64,000 nucleotides of DNA from Octopus sinensis. Taxonomy: Eukaryota. Shown piece after piece: positions 13,560-26,751 of this stretch (position 1 is its first letter; each line of letters starts with the position of its first letter). The notes under the pieces are model-generated. The model ran no database searches. It saw only the letters and a list, made by a program, of their open reading frames with translations, and was not told the origin of the DNA. The translations under genes were made by a program, and so were the position numbers. Where the stretch lies: NCBI RefSeq assembly GCF_006345805.1, contig NC_042998.1, forward strand, positions 183,148,001 to 183,212,000, in the 5' to 3' direction.

Positions 13560-16500
13560 AGCCCGCAAGATGATGGTACAGCTGGAAGTCAATAGCCAAT
13601 ATATATATTATTTGTTTCAGCACATAAACTGTGGTATCATCATTAATGTTGCTACAATTTTACTTATCCTCCTTCTTTAGTTGACATTTGGTGACTGAAG
13701 GAGTTTGAAGTTACTGCCCTCAGTTATGTTTCTTGCTGTGAATAGGCTTATCTGGAATTCTGGGCAGTAGAATGTGGAGTTGCTTTCTGAAGACTTCTAC
13801 ATCCACACCATCAAGATCTCTTAAGCCATTAGGTAGGATATTGAAAAGCTGTGGGCTTTTGAACCCTAAGTGTACCTGGCTCTAAATTTGGTTGGAAAAT
13901 TTGGATGATCTTTAGCATTATACAGTAGTGCCTTGTTCTTGGATTAGTATAGCTTTCATTGCCAAAGTGTAGTGCAAATCCTTGCAGGATTTTCCAGGCA
14001 TATATCTCTGTAAATATTTCCTGTCTTTGTTCAAGGGAACAGAGTCATAACATTTTACAGTTTCCCAGTAGCTGATCTGCTGCATTGAAGCAATAATCCT
14101 CATGTAGCAGCATTGGATTGCTTCAAGTCCTATCGTTAATTTTATAATATATGGTGATCACAATTGGGAACAGTAATCAACATGGCTGAGAACAAATGTC
14201 CTCCAGAGGACCATCAGGATTTTCTGCCGTCCTGCTCTGAAAGTTCTTAGAAATCAACCAGTCAGCTGTCTACATTCCAATGCCAACTTAATGATATGCA
14301 AATAAAACAATATACCACTACTCACATTGATGCACAGATCATATAGGGATTGTGAATCTGAGACTGCAATCTCTCTTGGTCCAGTCTATTTTGCTTGCAT
14401 TGCATTTAGCTGTGTTGCTGGTAGTGGAGAGTTTGGAATTTTTCAAAATTGAATTTGCATGTTATTTTCTTCAGCCCACTTACATATAGCATTCAAGTCA
14501 TGTTGCAGGAATGTAGCATTTACAGGGCTCTTTATCACCTGTGGTACTTCTGTATCATCTGCATAGCTAGTGGGGGTGGTTGTCTTTATAGCTGAAGGCT
14601 TGTCTGAGAGTGCCACTATGAACAGCAGTGACCCCAAAACAGTACTCTATGGAACTCTACTCACTATCATTATTTCCTGGGAGATGACCCCATTGGCTAT
14701 TACTACCTGACTTCTATCCTTTAAAAAGTTGTGCAGCCACTCTCCCAGTTTTTCAACTATGCAGAGATCATGCCATTTTGTGACATGTCATTCCATGACA
14801 GACTTTATTGCAGGCTTTTGCATATCATATCCACACCTGAGTGGTTGAACTACTGTTTTAATAAGTGGTCATTGTATTGTAAGAACTGTGTCAAACAGAC
14901 TCTTCGTGTGCGAGTTAGGAAGTGATTTTTTTCTCAAGTAACATGATTAGTTTCCTTGTCAATTCATTCCATTTTACTAATTGTAGGATCTGTGAGGTAG
15001 GTCTATAACTTTTAGCACCTGCTCTGCTTTCACTTTTATGAATGGAGCATATTATGCCTTCCTTTAATATTTCTGGAAGCTTTCCAATGTTGAGGAAGCT
15101 CTGGAAGAGAGACTACGGTAGTTTTACCAGGGCTCATTTGTGAATTTTTAGAAGGATTGCTGGGAACCCATCAGAGCCAATAGCTGAGCTTAAGCTTATT
15201 TCAATATAATTGATCTTTGTTGCCTCCCTATGTACAGCTGTAGTGGCCAAGAACTTATCTAATTTGCTCACTTGCATATACCCCAGAAGGGAGGTGAAAA
15301 TACTTTTGAATTGCTAATTCAAAATTTCATTTATCCTTTTGAGGTTTGTAGTTAGGAAACCATTTCCTTAGAAGGTTGGCCCTACTTGCAGTGCACTGAG
15401 GCTGTTTCTTTAGCAAATTTAAAGAAAGATTTTTTTTTTCTGCTCTCATTTTTATAGCAGTGTTGCAGATTTTTCTTAATCTCTAGTATTTGTTTTAGAA
15501 AAGAGTTTTCACTGCTTTTTGGCTGTTTATTTTGGCAGTTTGCAATCTTTGTTCTTCATTTCATAAGAACTTTTCTCTTTATGGGAATTTTGTTCTTGTG
15601 CAAGCTGGCTTTCCTCTCTGAGACAAATTTTATGCATATGGCTTGCATTACTAACACAAATTGTCTAAGTTTCATATCAATATCAGGTATGGAGAGACAT
15701 ATATGCCAATTCTGTTTGAGGATCTCTTTCTGTATTAATTTCCAATTTGCTTTGTGGAAGTTCATCCTGGATAGTGTCTGTGAACTTCTTATAGGCTGCA
15801 TGTCTGTGGCTTCCTCTGGCCCATACATTGTTGGGTCTTCTATATTGAGAATCTAGATTTAGTGTCTGTGTCATTTTCACGTTATGGATGAGTTCCATAT
15901 CATTTTTGAACCAGAGATTCAGAATACCATTTGTCCTGGTTGGGTAAAATGCTACTTGCTCCATAAATAACATGGTGAGTTTGGACATAGATTCTGCTTC
16001 CTTTTATTCATGCTACTTCGTTCCTGAGATAAAGTGACCTTTAAACCATCTGACATTGGACAAGTTGAAGTTTCTCATAAGAAATACAATGATGTATTAA
16101 TCCAGTTCAGTTAGTATTTTTATTTTTGCAAGGCAGTGCTGTGCATAGAACTTGATTGCATGCAACATCCCTCAGGTATGGAATATTGATTTTGTTACTA
16201 AGGTGTAACAAGCTCTTAACAATCAACAGAAGAAACTATGTGACACCTGCACAAGTCTCAATGGTGACCAACCTGGATTTGTTGTTTGTGGTGGCCAAGT
16301 GTGTTGATGGGTATGGCTCTGATTTTGAATTTGAGATAACCAGATCAGCTTCTGCACAATTTTTGCACCACACTAAAAAAAAACTGAAGTTCAGTTGCTG
16401 CCTATTTTAACTACATCTGAGTAGAGACAGTTCTTCAGCATTGTGTGTGCTACATCTACATATTTTCTTTTAGGAGCAGGTGGTGTACCATGGATGACTC
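13560..16500 (-). mobile_element. Decayed CR1/L2-group LINE (endonuclease-RT ORF remnants)
   Basis: FHKANW linker (15556-15828), GSLLFIV...SYADDT RT motif (14443-14637), PQLFNILP-like C-terminus near 13800; many stops. Boundaries approximate. Confidence 0.8.
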
Positions 16501-16814
16501 AATTATGTGTGTGTGTGTGTATGTGTACAAACAGATTTATGGCTTCTACCGATAAGTTTAGAGCTCCATGTTGATTATCATCATCCAATTTGCTTCCAGT
16601 ATAGTGGTTAAGTTACTACTATATTTTTTAGTATTATTAATTATGAATTACAATGCAGAGCAGATGTAGGAGGAATTAAGCTAAACACAAGTTTATGTTA
16701 TTAGTTCCTACATATGTTCCAAGTGCATGTGAATGCTTAACAAGAAAAGATAATTAGGGAGCATTTAATTGCATTAGGTTATAGAACTAACATCAAGTAT
16801 TAGGCATTTTTATA

Positions 16815-17282
16815 AGTATTTCATTCATTGTAATGAAGCGAGCAAGAAAATTCTCATCGGCTTCAAACAGTTCCAGATTGCTCGTGGACAAAGTGCACCT
16901 GGTGCATTTCTGTTCAGGAGTCAAAAGGTGAGTGACCCACTTAGTGGAAACCTTTGAGAACCCAAGTTCTTTTGTCACAATGTTATCTGCTCTTTCATTT
17001 GAGATGCCCAGTCTCTCGGCTATCTGACAACATGATATTTGGCGATCTTGCATTATGATACCAAGAGCAAGGTCAGGGTTACCCTTGGCGGTCGCAGTTG
17101 GAGGTCTCCTTTTATGGGATCAACTTCTACACTCTCCCTGCCATGCTTGAATTCATTTACCAGCATTTGACTGAAGGAGCATTGTCTGTTAAGGTTCTCA
17201 CCATATCTTTATGAATTTCTGATGGAGTCATGTCTTTCAAATGAAGGTACTTTATAACAGTATTTTGCTCAGCTTTCTCCAT
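16815..17282 (-). mobile_element. Mariner-like transposase 5' fragment
   Basis: MEKAEQNTVIKYLHLK...IAERLGIS...LGFSKVSTKWVTHLLT (WVPRLLT-like)...RFITMNE; truncated before the catalytic domain. Confidence 0.8.
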
Positions 17283-17370
17283 TTTTTTTGTAACCTTGAC
17301 CCTTTTTTATTCAAAAATCTGCGACAAAAAAATTTTAAATATCAGAATCATGAAAATGAGCAAAAATATT

Positions 17371-18530
17371 CATCATCACATCATTTAATGTCTGTTTTCC
17401 ATGCTAGCATGCGTTGGATGGTTTGACTGGGGTCTGGGAAGCCAGGAGGCTGCACCAAGCTCCAGTCTGATCTAGCAGTGTTTCTACATCTGGATGTCCT
17501 TCTTAACACCAACCACTTTGAGAGTGTAATGGGTGCTTTTTACATGCCACCAGCACAGGGGCCAGAGGGGGCTAGCATCAACCCCGATTGGATGGTGCTT
17601 TTTACATGCCACCAGCACAGGGATCACAGCTACAATTTCCATTTGATTGTGATTTGATTTGATTTTGATGTACCTGACTCAATAGGTCTCCTCATGCATG
17701 GCAAGGTACTTTTGAGTGGGCTGGTTATGCAACACTGGTGTAGGTTACAGCTGTGGACTCACTTTATTTGCCGGGTCTTCTCAGTCACAGCATATCTCCA
17801 GAGATCTCGGTCTTTTGTCATTGACTCTGTGAGGCCCAGCATTCGAAGGTCATGCTTCACCACCTCATCCCATGTCTTCCTAGGTTTCCCTCTACCCCAG
17901 ATTCCTTCCACTGTTTGGGAGTGGCACTTCTTCACACAGCTCTCCTCATCCATCCATAATACATGACCATACCAACACAAATGTCTCTCTTGCACACCAC
18001 ATCTGATGCTTCTTATGTCCAACATTTATCTCAGGGCACTTACACTCTGTCGTGTGTGCACACTGACATTACACATCCAGCGGATCATGCTAGCTTCATT
18101 TCTTTCAAGCCTATGCATGTCTTCTTTATGATATCACTGCTCTCCACCCTTCTCATACTGCTCCTCATCATCCCTTCTTTCTTGACCTGCTTCTTCTATT
18201 ACTTTCACTTCCCCACCTCCATACTGATAATTACCATCGACCACACTTCCACCCTTGTTCATCATTCACTACATTCACCTCTGTTCCCCTCTCTAACCAT
18301 ATGTAACTCATCTTTCATACTCTTTTGAAATTATCCACACTCTCCCTCCACTCTGCTCCTCTGTCCTTATTCTTGTTTATATACTTGTCTTGTACCTTGG
18401 GAGTATACTTCAGCACCTCATCATCACCATCTTTATCTCCTCTATAGCAAGACACCTGTGCTTGTCACTCTATCATACTTTAGCCTTTCAACACCTAACT
18501 TAAAGCCATCTTCTTCTCTCAAATAGACTC
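17371..18530 (-). mobile_element. RTE-clade LINE 3' portion with 3' UTR and (GAT)n tail
   Basis: CWYGHVLWMDE...GRGKPRKTW...DRDLWR (17759-18025) followed by the abundant 3' UTR ending in tgatgatg. Confidence 0.85.
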
Positions 18531-21500
18531 CCACTCAAATGAAGAGTCTCTTTCTTTTTCTTTGTCCTGTAAGTGACTTGGTGACCTTACAAGTGCCAGT
18601 GTTATGAAAAAGAAGCATCCAGTATACACCATAAAGCAGTTGGCCATAGGCAGGGCATCTAACTGTAAAAACCATGCCAAAGCCGGCATTAGAGCTCATG
18701 CAATCTTCAATTTGCTGGATTTTGTCAAACCATCCAATCCATGCCAGCATGGAATATGAACATTAAATAATGATGATGATGACAATAACGACTATAATGA
18801 CAACAACAATGACAACGACAGATGACAATTGTGTGTGTGTGTGTGTGTGTGCCTACAGAAAAGTAGAGCGTAGGCCTAAAGCTGTGGGCTTGGATTAGGT
18901 ATGATTAATGTTTTCCAATGATAGAAATGCTTCTAGAAACAGTGGTTATCATTTATTAGCATCTTCGATTCCCAATATCATGTTTGATCTACTATAGAGA
19001 TTAATTAAATATAGAGTATATAATTGATACACAACCTGATTCCTTTTAATTTTTCATTTACCATAAAATACCTTAAAATCTTATAATATTTAATGTCAAA
19101 TTGTTTTTATGTTGCACAGTAGCTTACCTTTCATATGTATCTTTGTTGTTGTAGCTTTTACAATTTAATTTTTTTTAATTACGACAATAGCTTAATTAGA
19201 TTCTGTGTTATTTTAGTAGTCTTGTTAGTTTTACATTTGTTTAGTTTCCTTGTTAGATTAGAATATTAGGTAGCATTTTCATTTCCACCTCTTCTTATGT
19301 CACATCAAGCTGTTTATCAATTCACCAAGCTGAACTACTTGTATTATATACTGTTTTTGTTATATTACTATTTTTCAGTAATTTTATTATTTCTTTTATC
19401 AATTTTCATTCTGCATTTTATAAATGATTTTGTTTTTAATACTTTATAAGAAAAAAAATAGTATTAATAATGCCAAACATAACACTGACCATTTCATCCA
19501 TAGTATAATAATGCTTTATTTAAACCTTAAAACTATAAAATATTAATTTGTATCTCATCTGTTTTATTTAATTCTTGCAACTTACCATCATGAGGTTACA
19601 TACAAATTCATGGATTTAGTTGGAGCACATATCCTACATTGCAACCCAAGAAAGGGTGAAAGCAGGTTCCTCTCCCTATTTATAACTGTATAGTTACTAT
19701 TACTGTGTCTACCTGTAAATTTCTTACACAAACAATCTGACTAAATAACTGACATACTAAATCACTGAAAATTTAAATATGTAAAAATCATTAAAAAATA
19801 GAAATCAAAAGAAATCAAAATCAAAAGACTGAATTTTTAATGTACTTTTCTCTTAAATGAATAATTCAAATCTGGTCACAGGAATATTTTTTTACTGTGT
19901 GAGCAGTCCCATTTTATAACAAATAAGTGTTAAATATTATAAAAACATTAATTCATTAAAACATAATTCATAGGATTTATACAACAGTGATCATGTAATT
20001 ATAAAAATAAATAGTAAACAATATTTGGACGAGTAATGACTAGATTGTTTAATTTATTAGAACAAAGATAAATATATATTTGAATTAGAAATAGAAATAA
20101 CAAAAGTTTCATGAGGATCTATTTTAATGAATGCATTGTAACAAATGAATATGTTTTTGTTTTTTTTTTAAATATTTTCTTTTTACTCCCCTCACCTTCT
20201 TTCAGATACAGAAGCATTTTGAGGGCACTACTAAATTTTTCTATTACCCCAAAATAATTTAGTTTTCTCTCAGACTTTTGCCGAAACAATATTTGAATTC
20301 ATAAATACCAAGCTACTGAATCAATGATAATTTTGTTCAATGTTTTATTATTGTCTCCTTCATATCTATTAAACTTAAATGTTTTCTCATGAGAACAATA
20401 CGGTAGACAAGAAATAATAAAAACCTGCAAATCATTAGTTAAAATACTAACATCTCCTCAAAACTATATCTTTACTGAGTAACTTGTAAAATCATAAGAT
20501 GTTATTTTTTCTGTTTACATATGTCAGGGAAACAGAAGATTTATCTGCCATAAATATATTTCTATTTAACAACATTCACATACCTACAATATTTAATTGT
20601 CGATCCACTAAATTTCAAAATATTGCTTTCAAACATGTCATAATATTGTATCCTTTTGTTGAAATACCATTTTATTTTACCAATGGTTTTAGTCTTATCA
20701 GCAGTGATTGAATTGGAAGATTCCATTCTGTGTTATGTCTTTTCTATTATCAAATCATTGTTGTAAACACATTGTAAATCTGTTATCCTTTCACTGTGGA
20801 TATGCTAGTTATTTTTGTTGTTTGTCTGTTTATGTCTGCCTTAGTCATGTTGTTATAAAGAGGATTTTATTGCAAAATTTATGTTCTAAGTTTCTGATTT
20901 TAAAATGTTACTATTATCTGTAATAATTACATCATATTAAACTTAAATAGAAAGTTTTGATCTTTGTATTTCATTACCTGTCATATTAACTTACTATTTT
21001 CTGTAATAAACCTATCTATAAGATACTATTATTTATCAAAGCTCAAATAGATTCAGTTCAGAAATATTTTCTTTCCAGTTGTGAATTCAGATCTCTTAAC
21101 TTCAAAAGAAACAACTTTTCTAAATTTGAAGTTTTTTTATGTTTTAATTTTTATCTTAAAAAGTCTTTTGCTTGAGTAATCAGTTTGTTTGATTGAGATA
21201 GGCACCCAAGTGTAATGAAGTCTTCAATAGACAAAGCTCCCATAACATTGTAACTGTACTACTTCATGTTCTTCTCATTGATGTTCTTATTCTACCAAGG
21301 TTGTCACTTCATATCCTGTCTGACTTTGTCATATAACTTACTACTCGCTCTGCTTTGTAGCTTGTATGTGACATCATTGCTCATAATGTATAAACATAGC
21401 AATGTATGTGATGAACGAAATGTTATCATGAGCAATGAATGCTAGATATAGAGGTAAACAAATATGTTCATCTTCTGTGATATATGCTTATCTTAGAGAG

Positions 21501-23769
21501 CATGACAGTCTTGTTTCTGTTGTAGTAAGCAATATAGTAACAGATAAGAGTCTCCTGTAGCAACTTACTATTTAAAATTTTTGACCTGCTTGAACCAGGG
21601 CCACACAACAAAGTAATAAAATAAATTTGTAAAGCATTTCTACCTTATGCCCTAAGTTGTGTAGATTTGAGAAGCTGGTGTTATTAAATCAAAGACGAAT
21701 GCACAAGAAAACATTGAGGCATCACAAAGCATATCTATAAGTCAGTAAACCATGAACTTCAAGAATGGATCCATTTGCTTTCCTTTGTGAATATAAATTT
21801 AAATAATGAGGAAAACTACAGTAATTTCTTGTATGGAAACGGTGATTTTATAAAAGCAGACATTACTGTTATCGCTCTGTGACTAAGAAGTCTGCTTTAT
21901 ATCACATAATTCTGGATTCCCACACATGGAACCTTGGCTTGGTGTCTCTTTTACTGTAGTTTCAGTTTAACCAGTATCATATGAGTGAAATTTAGTAGAC
22001 AGAAACTGTTCAAAAGCCCTTCATACATGCATGTGTGTATATGTGTGGGACATATGAGTAAGATGTGCTCCTGTAACCCATTTAGGAGGGATATCATCAT
22101 CATTTAGCGTCCGCTTTCCATGCTAGCATGGGTTGGACGGTTCAACTGGGGTCTGGGAAGCCAACTTTAAATAAGAACTGACTTGAGTTGTGACAACCCA
22201 TCTAACTTATATCAGCATGGAAAGCTTATGATGATGATGATGATGATGATGATGACAACAAACACGTGTCAGCATCTTTATACTTTAACCTAGCAGTTCT
22301 ACAAATAGGAATTGATAAATTATGTACCAGGATGAAATATAAGTATCAGGGTTGATTTGTTTTACTAAACCCTTAAAAGCTATGCCCCACAACTGCTGCA
22401 ATCCAGTGAAAGTAGTCAAAGAATGTAAGAATCCCACTGAGAATTATTCCTTCCCAAAACAGGATTCTTGTTGTATAGAATCTCAAAATATGTTTACCCA
22501 AAAAAGACATTTGTGTGAGTGGAATTATTTTATGAACACTTTAAACAATTATCCTCAATACAGGCACAGTGTTAGCAATAACTTAGGGAATAAAAGTAAT
22601 CTGTGTGTGTGTGTGTGTGTGTGTGTTTTACATTAATCTTGATTCAGGGCCGTTAGAAAACTACTTTTATTTCATGTTTATCATGACAATGTCCTTTTAT
22701 AATCAATCTTCTTTACCTACCATTGTGAAATCATACAAGGTTTATATATATTTTATATATTTTCTAAATACTATTTATTGGTCTTAAATTTCTTGATTAT
22801 TGTTTTTTTTTTGTTTATTGATTTTATTATATTTCTTTATCCAGTTTGCACCAAAGAAGCAATCACTGTGCACCTATTGAAACCCTATGTTTTACCCCAC
22901 ACTTGCATTTCCTTGTCATTTCTAGTGAGATGTTTATGTCTATTTTTCACCTGTAAATACTGAAATTGATGTCAATTTTTGTTGTTGGTGTTGTTTAACT
23001 CCAGCTCAGCTCAGCTCAGACTGGCAAACATTTATTATCAAAGGCATTCTAGCCCCTTAACCATCTAATCTAATCATTTCTTTTTCAGACAATGTATTTC
23101 AAACTACATTATCCACTATATCTCTCCCTTTCTGTAAGGCAGTAGGGCATTATGTGAGTGAGTTCTAGTTGCTATTTCAAGCAGATCATATGTGATATCT
23201 ACTTGGATCCTTTTGCATTCTAGGTCCAAATCTAACTGAAGTCAACTTAGCTTTTTATCCTTCTGAGGTTACTACAGTAAAATACCCGTGAAATCCAGTA
23301 TGGGGTTGATATAATCAACCATACTCTTTTATCCCCCAAAATTTGAGGTCTAATTTTATGCTAGTAATCAATAATACCTCCGATACAATCAAGTCATTTA
23401 ATTCTATTTTTTACTATTAATTTCATTATTCATGTATTTCTCTAATATTCTTTTAAAATACTATTCTCACTTAAATAAACCATCAAAAAAACAATAAAAT
23501 ATATAATAAATAGAATAAGATTTTTTTTTCCTATTAATTGTTTGAATTTTCATTAAATATTTTCCTTTACCTGACTGGATCCTATCAAAATTTTGTAAAA
23601 ACTAAATATTTAAGCGAAAGTCTTAAAAAAAAACATTTTAATTAACATATTATTATTTCCAAAGGGAAGCACATCCAATTTATTTATTATGTTTACTTTT
23701 TATAAAATCATTATGGAATGCATGGTGGGTGTGTGTGTGTGTGTGTGTGCACTGTAACAATGTCCTAGT

Positions 23770-23960
23770 TGTAGGAGCTGCATTCTCCACTGTATTTCTT
23801 TTGTAGAGAATCAGCAATTGTTCAAAGCTGAAGTGTTTTCTGGTTCTGAAGAGTCTTTGGAATGCAGTTTTAGCAACATTTTGAATGTGCTTAAAATGCT
23901 ATAGAAAAGAATTCCAAGACAGATTCTTCAGCAACATGGTTCAATAATATCCATAGGTGT
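23770..23960 (-). mobile_element. CR1/L2-like LINE C-terminal fragment
   Basis: HFKHIQNVAKTAFQRLFRTRKHFSFEQLLILYK resembles the post-RT segment of CR1-group ORF2. Confidence 0.45.
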
Positions 23961-25299
23961 GTTTACGTCCCTGTCACTTAGCAGTTCAGCAAAAGAGACT
24001 GATAGAATAAGTACTGGGCTTACAAATAATAAGTCCCGGGGTCAATTTGCTCAACTAAAGGCGGTGCTCCAGCATGGCCGCAGTCAAATGACTGAAACAA
24101 GTAAAAGAGTAAAGAGTAAAAGAGTCTCAGTTGTCATGCCTATGAATCCAGAGGCCAGTAATTTGTCATGATTTTGAATGATTTTAATTCCATAATGCCC
24201 AAGAGAGTAAGATAGAATATTGTTTCCTTGGTATGTATAATGATTATGTCTTTGTAATATCGAAAGAGACAAGATTGCCATGCGCTCTTTGGAGAAGGTT
24301 TTTGAGATGTTAGTTGTTATAGAAAGTTTAGATTTGACATGAGTTATCAAGGTTGTGTGAGGATGCTGTGAAGAGTTATATCATCTGAGTCAACTGAGAA
24401 TTCCTTCAAGTGGTAGCAAAAATATCATTAGGGAAGAGTCTGAGTACCGTAACTAAAGGGTTATGAGTCAAGATAAGCTCCAACTGCATACCTCAATGGT
24501 GCAATTTGATAGAAAGCTTTTGACACAAGAGATGACAGTCAGATAAAGCCTGCTGATGGACAATTTAGCTCAGAAATATTCGTGTCTGATACAAAGTTTG
24601 GAAATTTTAAAGTTCAGTTCTTAAGATAATTTATGACTGTATTTGCATACATGTGTGTGTATAGATGCAGGTATAGCTGTGCAGTCAAGCAGTTCAATTC
24701 ACAATTATGATTTCAGGTTCAACCTCAAAGCACAGCACTTTGACCAGGTCAATGATAGTCTCAGGTCAATTAATGCCTTGTGAATAAATTTGAAACTGCA
24801 CATGCGTGTCGTGTGTGTGTGTGTTTACATTTGGTGCTAAATCAAACGTAAAACAAATGAGTGAATGAACAAACACATTTAATTTATAGATTGATTGTTT
24901 TGATTTAATGTAGAAATAACTCTATATAAAACTGATTATAGATTATTTTTAATTGGTTTTTCATTTCCTGTTGTTTTTCTGTTACATGATGAAATCTATT
25001 CAAAATTTTTAGTGCTTTCATGTTTTCCATTGTTTCTAAGAATTTAAGGCTATTGTAATAGAATCATCTACATTCTAAATATATTTGCTACTACTACCAT
25101 GAATCAGTTTAGTTTTTTTGTTGTTGTTGTTGTTATTGTTTAGATTTAGATTCATCACTGTACGTAATGAAAGTGAATTATCTAAAATATTGCTTTTTTG
25201 TAATACAAACAGAATCAGAACTATTTATCAAGGATTAAATAATTACTGAGATGTACTTGCATAGCAAGTGACCTGATCTGAGATTGTGTGCTGGAACAA

Positions 25300-25517
25300 A
25301 AACAATTGCAGCGTGGAAGGTGTTTATAAGCCATTTAAGAAACACACAAAAACCTTTAGATTCACTTAAACATTAAATTTAATTTGTCAGTGAACAGGTC
25401 GCGGTCTCAAAGTGATGAAAATATTTTGTCAAATTTAATTTAAATGTTTAAGTGAATCTAACGGCTTTTGTGTGTTTCTTAAATGGCTTATAAACACCTT
25501 CCATGCTGCAATTGTTT
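25300..25517. repeat. Palindromic (fold-back/MITE-like) element, ~88-bp arms
   Basis: 25300-25386 is the reverse complement of 25430-25517 with few mismatches. Confidence 0.85.
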
Positions 25518-26713
25518 AAATAATTACTGTTATTGTTATAATAATATATTGTTATAACTAGTGTTAGATTTACTTAGATGGACTTGTGACACAAATGTAA
25601 CAAATCAAATAGCATAATTGAGTCTTTTCGCTATGATTGACCCATGTTTTTCAAGGAAATGTTACCTTAATATTTGGTACTTTTTCTGGTTTTAAGGGTT
25701 TTTAACTCCTATGTCTAACAATATAGATGCTACCCGGCACCCTCAGTCACAATTAGTGACAATTGAATTTTTCCTTTTGGGCTTTATATTGTGTATAGCT
25801 ACCTTTATAATTTTATATATATATATATGTAAAACTGGCACTCCGTCAGTTACGACAACAAGGGCTCCAGTTGATATTATCAATGGAACAGCTTGCTCTT
25901 GAAAGTAAGTTGAGGAACTTTTGACTGGTATTCCTAGCAAGTCTAGCAACCATGTAGAGGCTTCTTTGTTGCTTCAATGTGCTTATTGATGAGTGTTATG
26001 AGTGTTTTGTTAGCTTAGCTCTGGGTTGCAGCAAACTCATTACCCTGGAGTAAGTAACAAGGAACCCATTCCTCTGTTTTCTCTACCAGGCAGGCTTTAT
26101 GACATATTTGTAAATCAACTTGCTCCAATGCAAAGATTTGTTCACTCAGCTTTGATAAATTAATTAGTGATAGAATACAACAAATCAACCACATGCATTC
26201 TCATAGCTACTACATACAAGGCAAATATCTGCATTCTTACAGCTATTAGTATCTTCATGCATAACTCTAGAATATGAAGAGATGATAACAGAGGCACCTG
26301 GTTTGTTCAGAATTTGTTTTCTTTTACATGTTTGTTATGGTTTACATGATTGAGCAATTATTTACAGCTAGATGCTTTTCCTACCACTAACCACTCAATT
26401 GTAAATTAAGAGTAGACCCAGTTTATGTTCAGTTTGGTGAACTAGAGAGAAAGCAAAATACTTTTTTCAGAGACACAATATAATGTCATATACGGCATTA
26501 TGTCCTAGTGTTCAGTGATCCATCATTTCAATCTCATAGCTACATCACCACATATTCTAATAAACTTTGCAAGTCAAAAGGAATGAGGAGATATAGTTTA
26601 GTGTATTTAATCTATGTGTTCCAGAAAGGATCAGCTAAGCTGTTTGACTTGAAAGAAGCTGAGAGCACAGCATATTTCTATTTCTTCTTCATATTTATCA
26701 ATGGCCATTGAAG

Positions 26714-26751
<38 letters not shown>

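Noticed and set aside
25711-25902. 63-aa ORF with a transmembrane-like segment
   Set aside because: Hydrophobic stretch partly derives from a (TA)n tract; no supporting gene structure.
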